A stretch of 64,000 bases of DNA, taken from Acidobacteriota bacterium (GTDB taxonomy: Bacteria; Acidobacteriota; UBA6911). The notes beneath the pieces were generated by a model. That model was given only the letters and a program-made list of their open reading frames with translations, made no database searches and was not told the origin of the DNA. Positions within the stretch are counted from its first letter, which is position 1, and every line of letters begins with the position of its first letter. Below, piece after piece: positions 10,538 through 20,668 of the stretch. The position numbers and the translations under genes were made by a program. The DNA is taken from positions 6,336,001 to 6,400,000 of the forward strand of contig OY761556.1 of the NCBI GenBank assembly GCA_963664705.1, in the 5' to 3' direction.

Positions 10538-12967
10538 GTGGGAGAAGAAATGAACTCTAAACCTGAAGGCGCCGGAGCCCGAGCCAGTTGGTTTGTCGGC
10601 GCATCCTATGGCGGAACAGATGATCAAACACCCAAATTTCTCAAGGAAGGCATATGGGTGAATGGCTGCAAAGATAAATACCTGGAGGCAGTTAAATCGA
10701 TCCAACCCGGCGATCGCATTGCCATCAAATCATCCTACACGCGCAAACGCAACCTTCCTTTTGACAGCCGGGGCCAGACTGTTTCTGTAATGGCGATCAA
10801 AGCAATTGGAACAGTGAAGGAAAACCTTGTTGATGGTCATAATTTGAAAGTTGACTGGAAACAGGTCGACCCGCCTCGCGAATGGTACTTCTACACAAAT
10901 AGAAATACTGTTTGGCGGGTTTTGCCCGGCGATTGGACCACGGATGCGCTGATTGCGTTTACTTTCGAAGAAAAGACTCAAGATATTAGCCGATTTCGAA
11001 ACGCACCGTATTGGCGCGAACGATTCGGCGACGGAGCCGTAGACAAGCGGCGGTTTGGGTGGACAAGGTTCTATGAGGCTGTAGCCGATAAGCTACTTAC
11101 ATTCAGAAATAAGAGAGAAAAACTCGTAAAGGGTATTCATGAAATCGCGTCAAAAGTGAATGGTTTCTCAATTCTTAATGATCAATTTAAAGATGGGACA
11201 ATCGGTCCGATGAAGGACATATGCCCATTTACAGTTATGGGAATATTTAATCGAGGAATTACGGAGGTCAATCGGAAGAATATTGCTTCTGAACTGGCCG
11301 GAATCTTGGGTGTTTCCGAAGCGGTTCCGGATTCTTTTAAGGGTATACCCATCCTCAATAATCAGAGATCGTGGTTCTTTGGTTATGAGAAAAGGCGGCA
11401 GCCTGACGATATCGATACTCTTTGGGAAATCTTTTCCCAAGCGATCGCATTTGCCGAATCAGACAATCCGGAGGCTAGATCCTCTTTTATTGCAGCATAC
11501 GATAATGCTGCTCAGCGATATGGAGTTGGATGGAACCTCACAATGGGACTTTATTGGATTCGTCCCTGGGATTTCCCAACCCTGGAAAGCCAATCTCAGC
11601 GATACATTACCAAGAAGCTAAATATCCCGATCGCTTTGAATGGGCCCAAAGGACGCTGCAATGCGAGTGATTATTTGTCCGTCCTCGATACTCTTGAAGC
11701 CCGGTTCCAGGAAGAAGCCTACCCAGTACATTCATTCCCGGAATTGTCATATGCGGCATGGGGATTCAATCCCACGTCTGATGATGATTCGCACGGCAAG
11801 TGGAGCCGGAGCATACAGGGAAAAATCAGGGCTCTTTGCTCCGACAAGCAATCTTCTGAATTTACTCGTCAGGAGTTCCTCGAACGATTTTTGTCCGGAT
11901 TAGAGGACGAGTTTCCCAATAACAATACTATTGAAGCGACGATCAATCGCCAGTTCCAGATTTTGCGAGATGAAGATTTACTCGAATTTCTCGCCAGCGG
12001 CAGCTATAGGTGGTTAGGTTCTGAACTGGAAGATGGAGATAACGGACCTGAACCCCCAGTACCGCCAGTCGCCTACATTGAATCCTATTCGGTTGATAAT
12101 ATCCTGGCAGAGGGCTGTTTCATCGCTCAATCAAAACTGGAGAAAATTCTCGAACGTCTGCGCACAAAGAAGAACCTGATCCTTCAGGGGCCGCCGGGGA
12201 CCGGCAAGACGTGGCTGGCAAAACGATTGGCCTTTGCCCTGATAGGACAGCGCGATGACAGCAAAGTTCGCGCAGTTCAGTTCCATCCAAATCTCTCTTA
12301 TGAAGACTTTGTTCGCGGATGGCGTCCCGCCGGCGATGGCAGGCTTGCATTGACGGATGGACCATTTGTGGAGATGATCGAAGCAGCCGCGAAAGAGCCT
12401 ACAGCCAGGCATGTTGTAGTCATCGAGGAGATTAATCGGGGGAACCCAGCGCAGATTTTCGGAGAAATGTTAACGCTGCTTGAGGCTGATAAAAGAACGC
12501 CCAATGAAGCGCTAGAGCTTTCCTATAAGAGGTCTAAAGACGAGCGCAAGTTTATCCCCGATAATCTTTACGTAATCGGGACCATGAATATTGCTGATCG
12601 TTCATTAGCATTAGTTGACCTGGCCTTGCGCCGGCGATTCGCCTTCATTGATCTCGAACCCACACTCGGCAAACCCTGGCACGATTGGGTAAATTCCCAG
12701 TGCGGAATAGATTCTGAAATCCTTGTTGAGATCGAAAAACGGCTCAACTTTTTAAACGCTCTAATCTCTGCCGATACTAGTCTCGGCTCACAATTTCGCG
12801 TGGGGCACAGTTATGTTACACCTCCGTTCGGAATTCCAATCAGCGATGCCCGCGAGTGGTTTCGGCAGGTTGTGGATACAGAGATCGGACCTCTTCTCGA
12901 TGAATACTGGTTCGATGCCCGTGAGAAATCGCAGAAAGCCCGGGAACGCCTGCTGGAGGGATTTTGA
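10538..12967 (+). CDS. mcrB: McrB-family AAA+ GTPase with extended N-terminus including a DpnI-like winged-helix domain
   Basis: GPPGTGKT, VQFHPNLSYEDF, IEEINRGN, GTMNIADRS (McrB NxxD) and ALRRRF motifs; followed by mcrC. Confidence 0.9.
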   Translation: MGEEMNSKPEGAGARASWFVGASYGGTDDQTPKFLKEGIWVNGCKDKYLEAVKSIQPGDRIAIKSSYTRKRNLPFDSRGQTVSVMAIKAIGTVKENLVDGHNLKVDWKQVDPPREWYFYTNRNTVWRVLPGDWTTDALIAFTFEEKTQDISRFRNAPYWRERFGDGAVDKRRFGWTRFYEAVADKLLTFRNKREKLVKGIHEIASKVNGFSILNDQFKDGTIGPMKDICPFTVMGIFNRGITEVNRKNIASELAGILGVSEAVPDSFKGIPILNNQRSWFFGYEKRRQPDDIDTLWEIFSQAIAFAESDNPEARSSFIAAYDNAAQRYGVGWNLTMGLYWIRPWDFPTLESQSQRYITKKLNIPIALNGPKGRCNASDYLSVLDTLEARFQEEAYPVHSFPELSYAAWGFNPTSDDDSHGKWSRSIQGKIRALCSDKQSSEFTRQEFLERFLSGLEDEFPNNNTIEATINRQFQILRDEDLLEFLASGSYRWLGSELEDGDNGPEPPVPPVAYIESYSVDNILAEGCFIAQSKLEKILERLRTKKNLILQGPPGTGKTWLAKRLAFALIGQRDDSKVRAVQFHPNLSYEDFVRGWRPAGDGRLALTDGPFVEMIEAAAKEPTARHVVVIEEINRGNPAQIFGEMLTLLEADKRTPNEALELSYKRSKDERKFIPDNLYVIGTMNIADRSLALVDLALRRRFAFIDLEPTLGKPWHDWVNSQCGIDSEILVEIEKRLNFLNALISADTSLGSQFRVGHSYVTPPFGIPISDAREWFRQVVDTEIGPLLDEYWFDAREKSQKARERLLEGF

Positions 12968-14136
12968 TTGTGTCGGCCGCGGCAACCGATGTCATTGCAG
13001 ATGCTGACAAAGAGCCTGGCCGGATTGGCCGTATCCCTGTACGCAATCTATGGCTGCTCATGCTTTACGCCTCGGACCTCTTTCGGGATGTTTCCCGGGC
13101 AAAAACCTCCGTTGAAGATAACCCGGATGACATTCCAGATTTAATTGCTGAAATTCTATCTCGGCAGGTTGAACTCCGCATAAAAAAGAACCTGAGTTTT
13201 GGATACCAGACGCGCAACGCAATTCTAGGGCGGATTCGCGGACGCATAGACTTTTTATATACAGAACGGCATCAGCTACTTAATCGCGGAAAGGTGGCCT
13301 GCCGTTTTGACGAATTGACCATCGATACTCCCCGAAATCGTTTCGTCCGAGCCGCACTTGAAGAAATTTCCAAAATTGTGGGCCGCAAGGAGCTTGCCCA
13401 TCGATGTCGATCTCTTGCTGCTAGCTTAAAGCATATGGGTGTTTCAGGAGAAAGACCTAATCGGATGGAGGTTTCACTTAATCGGTTCGGCAGGCATGAT
13501 TCTGCTGATCAGCAAATGGTAACTGCCGCGCACCTTGCTTTCGAGCTGGCTCTACCAACCGAATCTGCCGGCAATAGACATCTACTCTCACCTGATCGAG
13601 AAATTACTTGGATCCGTAAATTATACGAGAAAGGTATTGCCGGTTTTTATGATGTGGTGCTTTCAGGAGAAGGCTGGCGCGTTGACGCCGGAAAGACCAT
13701 CGGATGGCCCATAGCGAGCAAAAGTTCGGGTATCGATAAAATCCTTCCGTCTATGAGAACTGATATTGTGTTGGACCATGCAAGCACAGGCCGCCGGATT
13801 GTTATCGATACGAAGTTCAATTCGATTGTTACCCGCGGGTGGTACCGAGAGGAGACATTACGTAGTGGGTATGTCTATCAGATCTACGCCTATTTGCGGT
13901 CTCAGGAAGGGAATGGAGACCCCCTCTCAGATAAAGCTTCTGGTTTGCTCCTTCACCCCTCCGTAGGAGATATGGTTGATGAATCCGTTGTAATTCAGAA
14001 TCATGAGATCAGATTCGCCACCGTTGATCTTGGCGCAGATGCGAAAGAAATCAGATCACAACTTTTGGAAATTGTTGGGTCTCACATGCGGACTAGCTCT
14101 GCCTCTGCCCTGACCTTGGCGGAGGTCGGAGCATAA
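12964..14136 (+). CDS. mcrC: McrC PD-(D/E)XK nuclease subunit
   Basis: IPVRNLWLLMLYA, MRTDI...IDTK and YQIYAY motifs; overlaps the mcrB stop codon. Confidence 0.9.
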   Translation: MIVSAAATDVIADADKEPGRIGRIPVRNLWLLMLYASDLFRDVSRAKTSVEDNPDDIPDLIAEILSRQVELRIKKNLSFGYQTRNAILGRIRGRIDFLYTERHQLLNRGKVACRFDELTIDTPRNRFVRAALEEISKIVGRKELAHRCRSLAASLKHMGVSGERPNRMEVSLNRFGRHDSADQQMVTAAHLAFELALPTESAGNRHLLSPDREITWIRKLYEKGIAGFYDVVLSGEGWRVDAGKTIGWPIASKSSGIDKILPSMRTDIVLDHASTGRRIVIDTKFNSIVTRGWYREETLRSGYVYQIYAYLRSQEGNGDPLSDKASGLLLHPSVGDMVDESVVIQNHEIRFATVDLGADAKEIRSQLLEIVGSHMRTSSASALTLAEVGA

Positions 14137-14295
14137 AACCGGTCTTGAAATGGCGATTTGGATTCGAATCGCTGGTTTCCAAATTATCGCACGTAACAAA
14201 TGACCATTTTTGATATTGGTGCATCCTGGAATATACCAGGGGCTGATTCTCCTAATACTCAAAGGTAGAAAACGGCAGGGACGCTATTACTCTTT

Positions 14296-15792
14296 CTATA
14301 TGTAAAACTTAAAATTCGGCCGGTAGTCCTTGATAGACTGATTGGAGATTAGTATTTCGCCAACCGCATCGGAGAACTTAATCGTGACCGGCTTACTCTC
14401 TCCCAGGCGGCACGCATTATAGTTGAGCTTAGTAAGACCCAAAATATCCTCGGCCACACATCCAATCGATGAATTCCCGTGCTGGATGTCGATTTTAAGT
14501 GGAACTGGTGTTTCCCAGCCGTCATAAGTTCCAATCCGGTCCTTGAACCCGGACCCATAGAGGTAGCCACATCTTTCATTCACCTGCCAGAATGTGCCCC
14601 GCAGAACAGGCATGCGTCCTGTTCGATATAGCCGAGGCCCGAATCGATCTGTTCGAACTCGAATCCCAACCAGGGTGCAATCGTTTGGACATGCAGCTTG
14701 GTAGCCCCTGAATTCTTCATCACTTATTTCGGATCGAGAGTGGAGGAAGATTTCCCTCAGCGGGCGCCCGTCCAAACTCCTATAGGTATTGAGTATGCCA
14801 TTAAGAAGTCGAGTTGCTGAGTTTCTGGAAAGATGGAATTGTCGGTCTTTCTCTGAGTACCATGGCCTATCATCAGCCAAGAAAACAATGCCATCCCCGG
14901 AGTCGATGAACATCTGTGCTGCGCAACATGCGCTTCCCTTGCTTTCTTCGGTCCGTCGAAAAGCCAAACCAACGTAGCACACACCATCCCGACCATTATG
15001 TAAACGCCAAGGCTTTCCACCACATTTGTAATAGAGAGCTGTGCTTACATTCCACATACGATCTGAAACAGGAGTCAACCCTCGACTCCCAAAAGGGTTT
15101 TCATCTGAAAGCCTGAGGGTAGATTCACGGAAAATCTGGAGCGGAATGTTGTCTTGCATTGCGCGGGCTTTGATCTGGCGTCGGAAATCAGGAGAAAGCT
15201 GGTATTGTTCTGGATCATAATCTTCGAATAAATTGAATTGACCGCCTTTCCGAAGTTTTTTTTCTGTTCTAGACAACCGGTCGCCGATGGGGCGGGTTAC
15301 ATTCGATTTGGGACGACAATTAGCCCACACTTCATCCGGAACGATACAGATTGCAACCCCAATGGGGCTGTCAACCTTGCGCATCTGCCTAAAACCCTCA
15401 ACAAACATTTCCACAACGGAGAAGCAACGCTCGTGTGGATCCCGCTTTTGGGAAGATTCGAGAAGTAGCTCGCGGTCTATTTCATGTGCCCATAGTGGTT
15501 TTGTAGACCATTTATCGCCGAAGGCTGCATCAAATCCTGGGAAGGGTGGCCAAAGTCGATGCTTAGCGGAATCGGCAACATACCATGGCTCATTCATTGC
15601 CTCTGCCCACTGGCGTACTAAGCTAATTCCGGTTGCACTACCAAGAACAACATACCCGGGTGACTTTGGATGAGATGGAGCGTCAATGCTATGAGGACCA
15701 AAAAGCGTTAAGCCATCGTGGGGATCCGCTGCGCTCTGTCCTCGACCGAATTGAAGCGGGGGTTCCTCAAATAATAATACGTTTTCACTCAC
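14296..15792 (-). CDS. Short prokaryotic Argonaute (MID-PIWI, no slicer tetrad)
   Basis: About 500 aa. MID motifs FRRQIKAR...IPLQIFRESTL and YYKCGGKPW; PIWI motifs CYVGLAF, CCAAQMF and LTKLNYNAC...PVTIKFSDAVGEIL; ends FKFYI. GTG start overlaps the partner's stop codon. Confidence 0.92.
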   Translation of the reverse strand: MSENVLLFEEPPLQFGRGQSAADPHDGLTLFGPHSIDAPSHPKSPGYVVLGSATGISLVRQWAEAMNEPWYVADSAKHRLWPPFPGFDAAFGDKWSTKPLWAHEIDRELLLESSQKRDPHERCFSVVEMFVEGFRQMRKVDSPIGVAICIVPDEVWANCRPKSNVTRPIGDRLSRTEKKLRKGGQFNLFEDYDPEQYQLSPDFRRQIKARAMQDNIPLQIFRESTLRLSDENPFGSRGLTPVSDRMWNVSTALYYKCGGKPWRLHNGRDGVCYVGLAFRRTEESKGSACCAAQMFIDSGDGIVFLADDRPWYSEKDRQFHLSRNSATRLLNGILNTYRSLDGRPLREIFLHSRSEISDEEFRGYQAACPNDCTLVGIRVRTDRFGPRLYRTGRMPVLRGTFWQVNERCGYLYGSGFKDRIGTYDGWETPVPLKIDIQHGNSSIGCVAEDILGLTKLNYNACRLGESKPVTIKFSDAVGEILISNQSIKDYRPNFKFYI

Positions 15793-17611
15793 TGATATCG
15801 TCCCCTTCAAGCGATTCATCTGGGTCGGCGCCTAGGATCATTGCCTCTTCGCGTATTTTGTCGGGACTAAAAAGAGACGCCTCATCGATTCCAAGACAAG
15901 TGGACCACTCATCAGGATTGCAGTTAATTTTGAGCAAATCGGATTCAGTATGTCCCATGCAAATGGAAATTCCATCTTCTGACAGAAACTGTGCTATGGC
16001 CAAGACTCTGGAAAGCCAATCGTCATTCCACCAACCGCGGCAGAGGTCTTTTCTACGTGTCTTTGCAGAATTGTCTGTCAGCAAACCATTATTTTCATCA
16101 GTGATTCGGATATAGATCCTTGCCAGTATATAGACACTGTTCGTGCATGGATCTCCAGATGCTCTCAAATAAGGCGCCAGACTATACCGGTATTTTGATG
16201 ATCCTGTCGGCCGCCAGAAAGTCCTGATCCCCGTAGTATTAATAAATGACTTAGCTCCATCCGGTTTCTTGAAATAAAGCCGATTTGATTTCGGAAGTCC
16301 CTCCGGAAAAAACAAATGGTGCTTCATCGGGCAATACAAGAGCCCCTTTTTGGCGAGATGGACCCGTATGGATTTTGTTATCAACTCAAGAACGAGATGA
16401 TCACAAGGAATACCTTCAAAGTTTGCGAAATCCATCCAAGATTTGGCGCCTGCCCATTTTAAGCTGCGCATTCGAGGAGAAGTTGCAGGAGGAGGTTGGA
16501 AACTTACAAAACTCGTAGGACTTATGCGCCGGAAAGCCCATTTCGAAGCCAGTTCTCCTATGTCACGGTAATCGATAGGGGTATCGCACCTGAACATCTG
16601 TAGGGCTGCCGGAATTCGGGTAACTCTGAGGCGATTTGAGATAATCCGCTCAGAACTCTCCACAATTCTAGATTCCGGAAGAAAAGCGCTGATAGCGAAA
16701 TTTGGCAAAGGTCCAGTCCGAGGGCATCTGGCTTCTACCAAAGATTTCAATAGCTCTTTAATGCCGTCGCCCCAGCTTTTCTGGAATGGGATAGCACGGA
16801 TTTCGCGCGTCTTAGAGTCCAACCCTTGGCCATTGAAGCTCGATGCTACGATTGGGATCATCAATTCGCAACGCGCCGATCCTTTTAAAGTGTGAATTGT
16901 CGCACGTCGAGCGTTCATGTCTGGATTAGCAATTGCCCCAGGCGACAGCATGGGAAGGTATGCGAAGGCCCTATTTGCAATAAGATCTTCTAAAGCGTTA
17001 TCGACTCTTAATCCCGCAGTGGCAGCCGTGCTCTGGCTCCAAACGTCATACCCTTCCAATGTGAGCCGGCCTACCAGCCATTTGGCAAGAACTTTATCCT
17101 CGTCAGAATGGTCCAATATAATCATGTCCCTGGGGGACAGCGGCGCGTCTCCCGCAACGGGGAAAAAGGGTGGTGTGAAAATCTGCGGGTGATGCGCAAT
17201 GAGTTGTGCGCAAGTGGTCGCCAGCATGGTTCGCAGTCTCTCAAGACCATAGAGTTCCAGTTTCCATCCGTATTTTGCTTTTATTGACTCTATCGCAGAG
17301 TCCCTCTCATGAGCCGAGAGGGATGATGTGGATAGAAACACCAATCTGTCACAAGCGTGCTCATGGGTACGAATTTTTTCGGCATCCTCAGAGAGCTTCT
17401 TTTTCCAATCCTCCCGGACGCTGTACGCGAAAATCGTGACTTCTCCCGATGGTTTGCTTATGTGTATAGCGTCCCGACCTTTATCATTGCGGCCACCTAA
17501 GGGCTCAACGGCAGGATACCCATGCAGGGCCATCAGGTCATGGCATAGCCGCTCAAACTGATCGTAGTCAGTCAGCTTTTCAAGGCAATAGACAATTGCA
17601 TCAGCACCCAT
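15785..17611 (-). CDS. Mrr-like nuclease / TIR / APAZ fusion, partner of the short pAgo
   Basis: N-terminus FERLCHDL...DKGRDA (Mrr-like). Middle KWLVGRLTLEGYDVW...IPFQKSWGDGIKELL (SPARTA-type TIR). C-terminus RRKDLCRGWWNDDW (APAZ-type). Operonic with the pAgo. Confidence 0.82.
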   Translation of the reverse strand: MGADAIVYCLEKLTDYDQFERLCHDLMALHGYPAVEPLGGRNDKGRDAIHISKPSGEVTIFAYSVREDWKKKLSEDAEKIRTHEHACDRLVFLSTSSLSAHERDSAIESIKAKYGWKLELYGLERLRTMLATTCAQLIAHHPQIFTPPFFPVAGDAPLSPRDMIILDHSDEDKVLAKWLVGRLTLEGYDVWSQSTAATAGLRVDNALEDLIANRAFAYLPMLSPGAIANPDMNARRATIHTLKGSARCELMIPIVASSFNGQGLDSKTREIRAIPFQKSWGDGIKELLKSLVEARCPRTGPLPNFAISAFLPESRIVESSERIISNRLRVTRIPAALQMFRCDTPIDYRDIGELASKWAFRRISPTSFVSFQPPPATSPRMRSLKWAGAKSWMDFANFEGIPCDHLVLELITKSIRVHLAKKGLLYCPMKHHLFFPEGLPKSNRLYFKKPDGAKSFINTTGIRTFWRPTGSSKYRYSLAPYLRASGDPCTNSVYILARIYIRITDENNGLLTDNSAKTRRKDLCRGWWNDDWLSRVLAIAQFLSEDGISICMGHTESDLLKINCNPDEWSTCLGIDEASLFSPDKIREEAMILGADPDESLEGDDISE

Positions 17612-17775
17612 ACGCAACTCAAGGTATTCGGAGATTTAACAAAATTTGTGCTTGCGCGAATGGTTATATCAGATTTGATATTAATTCCCTATTGCCTTAT
17701 GGTCTATACCAATTGTCATGATTCTTTGCAATGACAAATCAGCTACACATTATAAAAGACGAGCTGCGTTCGTGA

Positions 17776-18738
17776 TTGATCTCTCAGATTAATAAAAACA
17801 CTGAAAGCCCCTATCTGAAACATTCTATGGTCAGTGTACCCGGGTATACTGATTTGATGTTTCTAACTGAAACAATTTGTGGTTGCGAATCGTCGAAGAG
17901 TCTCGGATCACACGCATTATTGACATGTATGAGATACACTAATTTTGTGAAAAACGTGGATGAGAATAACTCTTCTTCCGATTTTGGCGTTGATCCTGAC
18001 CTCCTTAATTTGCTGGGCGATGGAGGCATCACCCTACGAGACCTCGAATGCGTTCATGACTGGAGACGAGGTTTTGATGAAGAGAGAATTGCAGCTTTTT
18101 ATGAAATCACAGTTCCGGAAGTTAAGGCAGGAATTGAAAGGATCGTGAAGAAATTGCCAGAAAGCACCGTGCGTCTGGACACCGAACTGCGCGATCAGAT
18201 AGTAGCAAATAACGCCCGCATGAAAAGGAATGATCGAGAACTGTCTGGCAATTTAGAGCTATCGGCGGATACGCTTCTGCAGAACGGAAAGAATCCAATC
18301 CAGATTCTAAAGCGATATCGAGAAGCGCTAACCGAGGAAGATACTAACCTGATCGAAATCCTACGCCAGGCGGATAAAGGAATCGACGATGTCGGGGAAA
18401 GCGCAGACCCCACGCTGGAGCGAGAAGCTCGGCTTATCGAAGAATTGCGCCAACAGGAAAAAATTCCGAAGATTAATGCTGTGAGTAATAGGTCAATCTC
18501 TCAGAATTCAGAAGATTCTCGTTCTCGAATCGCTGGTAATAAATTAGCGGGAATAGGGGACCCCAAAAAGAACAATAGATGGGATCGCCGGAGTAAGAGA
18601 ATTACGGTCCGGATCGAAAACGCTCTGTTAGAGAGGATACAGAAACATACGCACAACGACGGTTATGACCTGAGTAAGCTTGTTCGAGTCGCCATCAACC
18701 AGTATCTGGAATCCAGTGCTGAAGACGGCAAAAAATAG
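17776..18738 (+). CDS. Hypothetical protein with C-terminal ribbon-helix-helix-like segment
   Basis: RITVRIENALLERI...LSKLVRVAINQYL; start uncertain. Confidence 0.5.
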   Translation: MISQINKNTESPYLKHSMVSVPGYTDLMFLTETICGCESSKSLGSHALLTCMRYTNFVKNVDENNSSSDFGVDPDLLNLLGDGGITLRDLECVHDWRRGFDEERIAAFYEITVPEVKAGIERIVKKLPESTVRLDTELRDQIVANNARMKRNDRELSGNLELSADTLLQNGKNPIQILKRYREALTEEDTNLIEILRQADKGIDDVGESADPTLEREARLIEELRQQEKIPKINAVSNRSISQNSEDSRSRIAGNKLAGIGDPKKNNRWDRRSKRITVRIENALLERIQKHTHNDGYDLSKLVRVAINQYLESSAEDGKK

Positions 18739-18749
18739 GGAGTGCAAGA

Positions 18750-19427
18750 ATGTCTGACAATTTTGGGAGTCAGCGACCTAATTCAGGCAATTTCGGAGGA
18801 AGTTGGCATGGCGAGGGACACGGGGGAGGAAAAGTTTTTCTATATACCCGCCGACGCTATCTAGTCGAAGAAGCTGCCTCGGTAAGCATCAAGGATTTAC
18901 AACGAAATAAAGGTCGGCAAAAGATATTGCAGGCTGCTGATAACGGCTCGACTATCCCAATCTCATTAAATGAAAAGACCTTCACATTGAATGTGACCTA
19001 CGATACTCACAGACTTCCAGGTCGGCAAGAACGTTGGTCAAGCATTTCGGATGGGAACGTCAGATTATGGTTAGTCTGTCCCAGTTGCAGGCGCCGTTTC
19101 GAAAAGCTCTACATTGCCCCCTCAGGATTATCTGACGATGAACATTGTCTCAAATGTAGAAAATGCGCACGCCTTGTCTATATGAGCCAGCATTGCGGGC
19201 GGCGGAAGTGGTGGAGACTGAGTGCCAAACCAATTCGGAGACTTCTTCGAAAACGCGATGCGCTATTGAGAAGAAATCTTAGTCCAAACATGGCTCAAGA
19301 ACTGGATCATATTGACAGGATGATCTGGCTGTACCGACAACGCGCAGCACCAAAGGGCGCAAGAAGATCATCCAAGGGGATAAAAAGACAGTATCGGGAT
19401 GTGGATTTGGTCTTCAGACTAAACTAG
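18750..19427 (+). CDS. Hypothetical basic Zn-ribbon protein
   Basis: CPSC...KLY...CRKC motif; RBS GGGAG upstream. Confidence 0.55.
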   Translation: MSDNFGSQRPNSGNFGGSWHGEGHGGGKVFLYTRRRYLVEEAASVSIKDLQRNKGRQKILQAADNGSTIPISLNEKTFTLNVTYDTHRLPGRQERWSSISDGNVRLWLVCPSCRRRFEKLYIAPSGLSDDEHCLKCRKCARLVYMSQHCGRRKWWRLSAKPIRRLLRKRDALLRRNLSPNMAQELDHIDRMIWLYRQRAAPKGARRSSKGIKRQYRDVDLVFRLN

Positions 19428-19490
19428 AAATCGTGCTTCTTTCCAAATCTCTCAAAATTTTCCTATTGTTGATAAAATCCACTGTCCTAG

Positions 19491-20372
19491 CTATTGAGGC
19501 TTTTTCTTCTGCCGGTGCTTTTGGTAATACGTATGAGAAGCAGATGCTTGAGCACATGCTTTACTGCAAAATAATCTTGTTGGTGGATCAAGAGCGAACA
19601 GTCGTCCACACTTTTTGCAGCTTCTGAATTCTTTGTTGGCAGTAATATCTGCGAGAATCATGCAGTAAATCGCCTCGCGTAGATCTGCTATGTGGTAGTG
19701 CATTCTCATTGTCTCGATTTCTATGACTGTGTTGTAATAGATTGGTTCAGAACAAAGAAAAGGTCCGCCGGTACCCAACAAATTTCTAAAATCATCTCTG
19801 AATGATCTACTAATAGCAGCTACCGTACATACCTTCAGTTCAGCGAGGGTTAGTCTTACGGCTTTTTTTGCTATGATGGGCCCGCCTACCAGGGGATACG
19901 GCTTCAGTTCTAGATCTTCAAGTGAATATTTGCTGACTTCGCTCCAAAATTGGAGTGCTTCAACCATTTTATCGGGATCTTGTGCTTTAAGAGCAATCCA
20001 TAAGTCCCACAAAGCACGTACCTGATTCCGGTATTTTCTAATGATGCGAAGTGAGAGAGCGAAAGGTAATTCAGGTATTGGCATTTTTCTCTGAACTGGA
20101 TGGGTTGAACTGATAATTGCAGGGATAAGGAGCTGCGATTGTGGGCCTGTAATCGCTGAACGCGAGAGAATACCCCATTTGTTAATAAACTGCGCTATGG
20201 CATCCTGATTGTCTCCCAGCCTCACAAATTCCAGATGTAAGCTTTTTGAAGGCGTTCGCCTATACGTATCAAATGGATCCTTGCCTCGCGAGAAATCCAG
20301 CACACCTATTACTCTTTCATCTCGAATGGAAATGGTTTTCACCATTGGAAGTTTGGTCCTTGGCATTTCCAC
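19491..20372 (-). CDS. CGNR-type zinc-finger domain protein (putative regulator)
   Basis: C-terminal CKKCGRLF...FCSKAC followed by a basic helix; divergent from the excisionase-like gene. Confidence 0.6.
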   Translation of the reverse strand: MEMPRTKLPMVKTISIRDERVIGVLDFSRGKDPFDTYRRTPSKSLHLEFVRLGDNQDAIAQFINKWGILSRSAITGPQSQLLIPAIISSTHPVQRKMPIPELPFALSLRIIRKYRNQVRALWDLWIALKAQDPDKMVEALQFWSEVSKYSLEDLELKPYPLVGGPIIAKKAVRLTLAELKVCTVAAISRSFRDDFRNLLGTGGPFLCSEPIYYNTVIEIETMRMHYHIADLREAIYCMILADITANKEFRSCKKCGRLFALDPPTRLFCSKACAQASASHTYYQKHRQKKKPQ

Positions 20373-20470
20373 AAAAAATATCTCCTTATCATATGAATTA
20401 TCATATCAAAGTAATTGTAGGAGAATTTGCGAAATATAACAATGCAATCAGCAAAAGGGGGAATTTGAAC

Positions 20471-20668
20471 ATGCTCGAGAAAGAATTTGAAGCACTTGAG
20501 CGCACTGCGTGGCTGGTTGACAAGTTGAGGTTATCGCCAAGCACGATATATCGGAAGCTTGCGAATAAGGAAATTCCATCCGTGATCGTTTCAAATGGAT
20601 TCAGGAAGAAAAGCTATCGAGTGCGCCCTTCCGAAATTGAGAAATGGCTCACGACTCGCAGATGTTAA
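20471..20668 (+). CDS. Excisionase/AlpA-like HTH DNA-binding protein
   Basis: LRLSPSTIYRKLANKEIPS...YRVRPSEIEKWL. Confidence 0.75.
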   Translation: MLEKEFEALERTAWLVDKLRLSPSTIYRKLANKEIPSVIVSNGFRKKSYRVRPSEIEKWLTTRRC

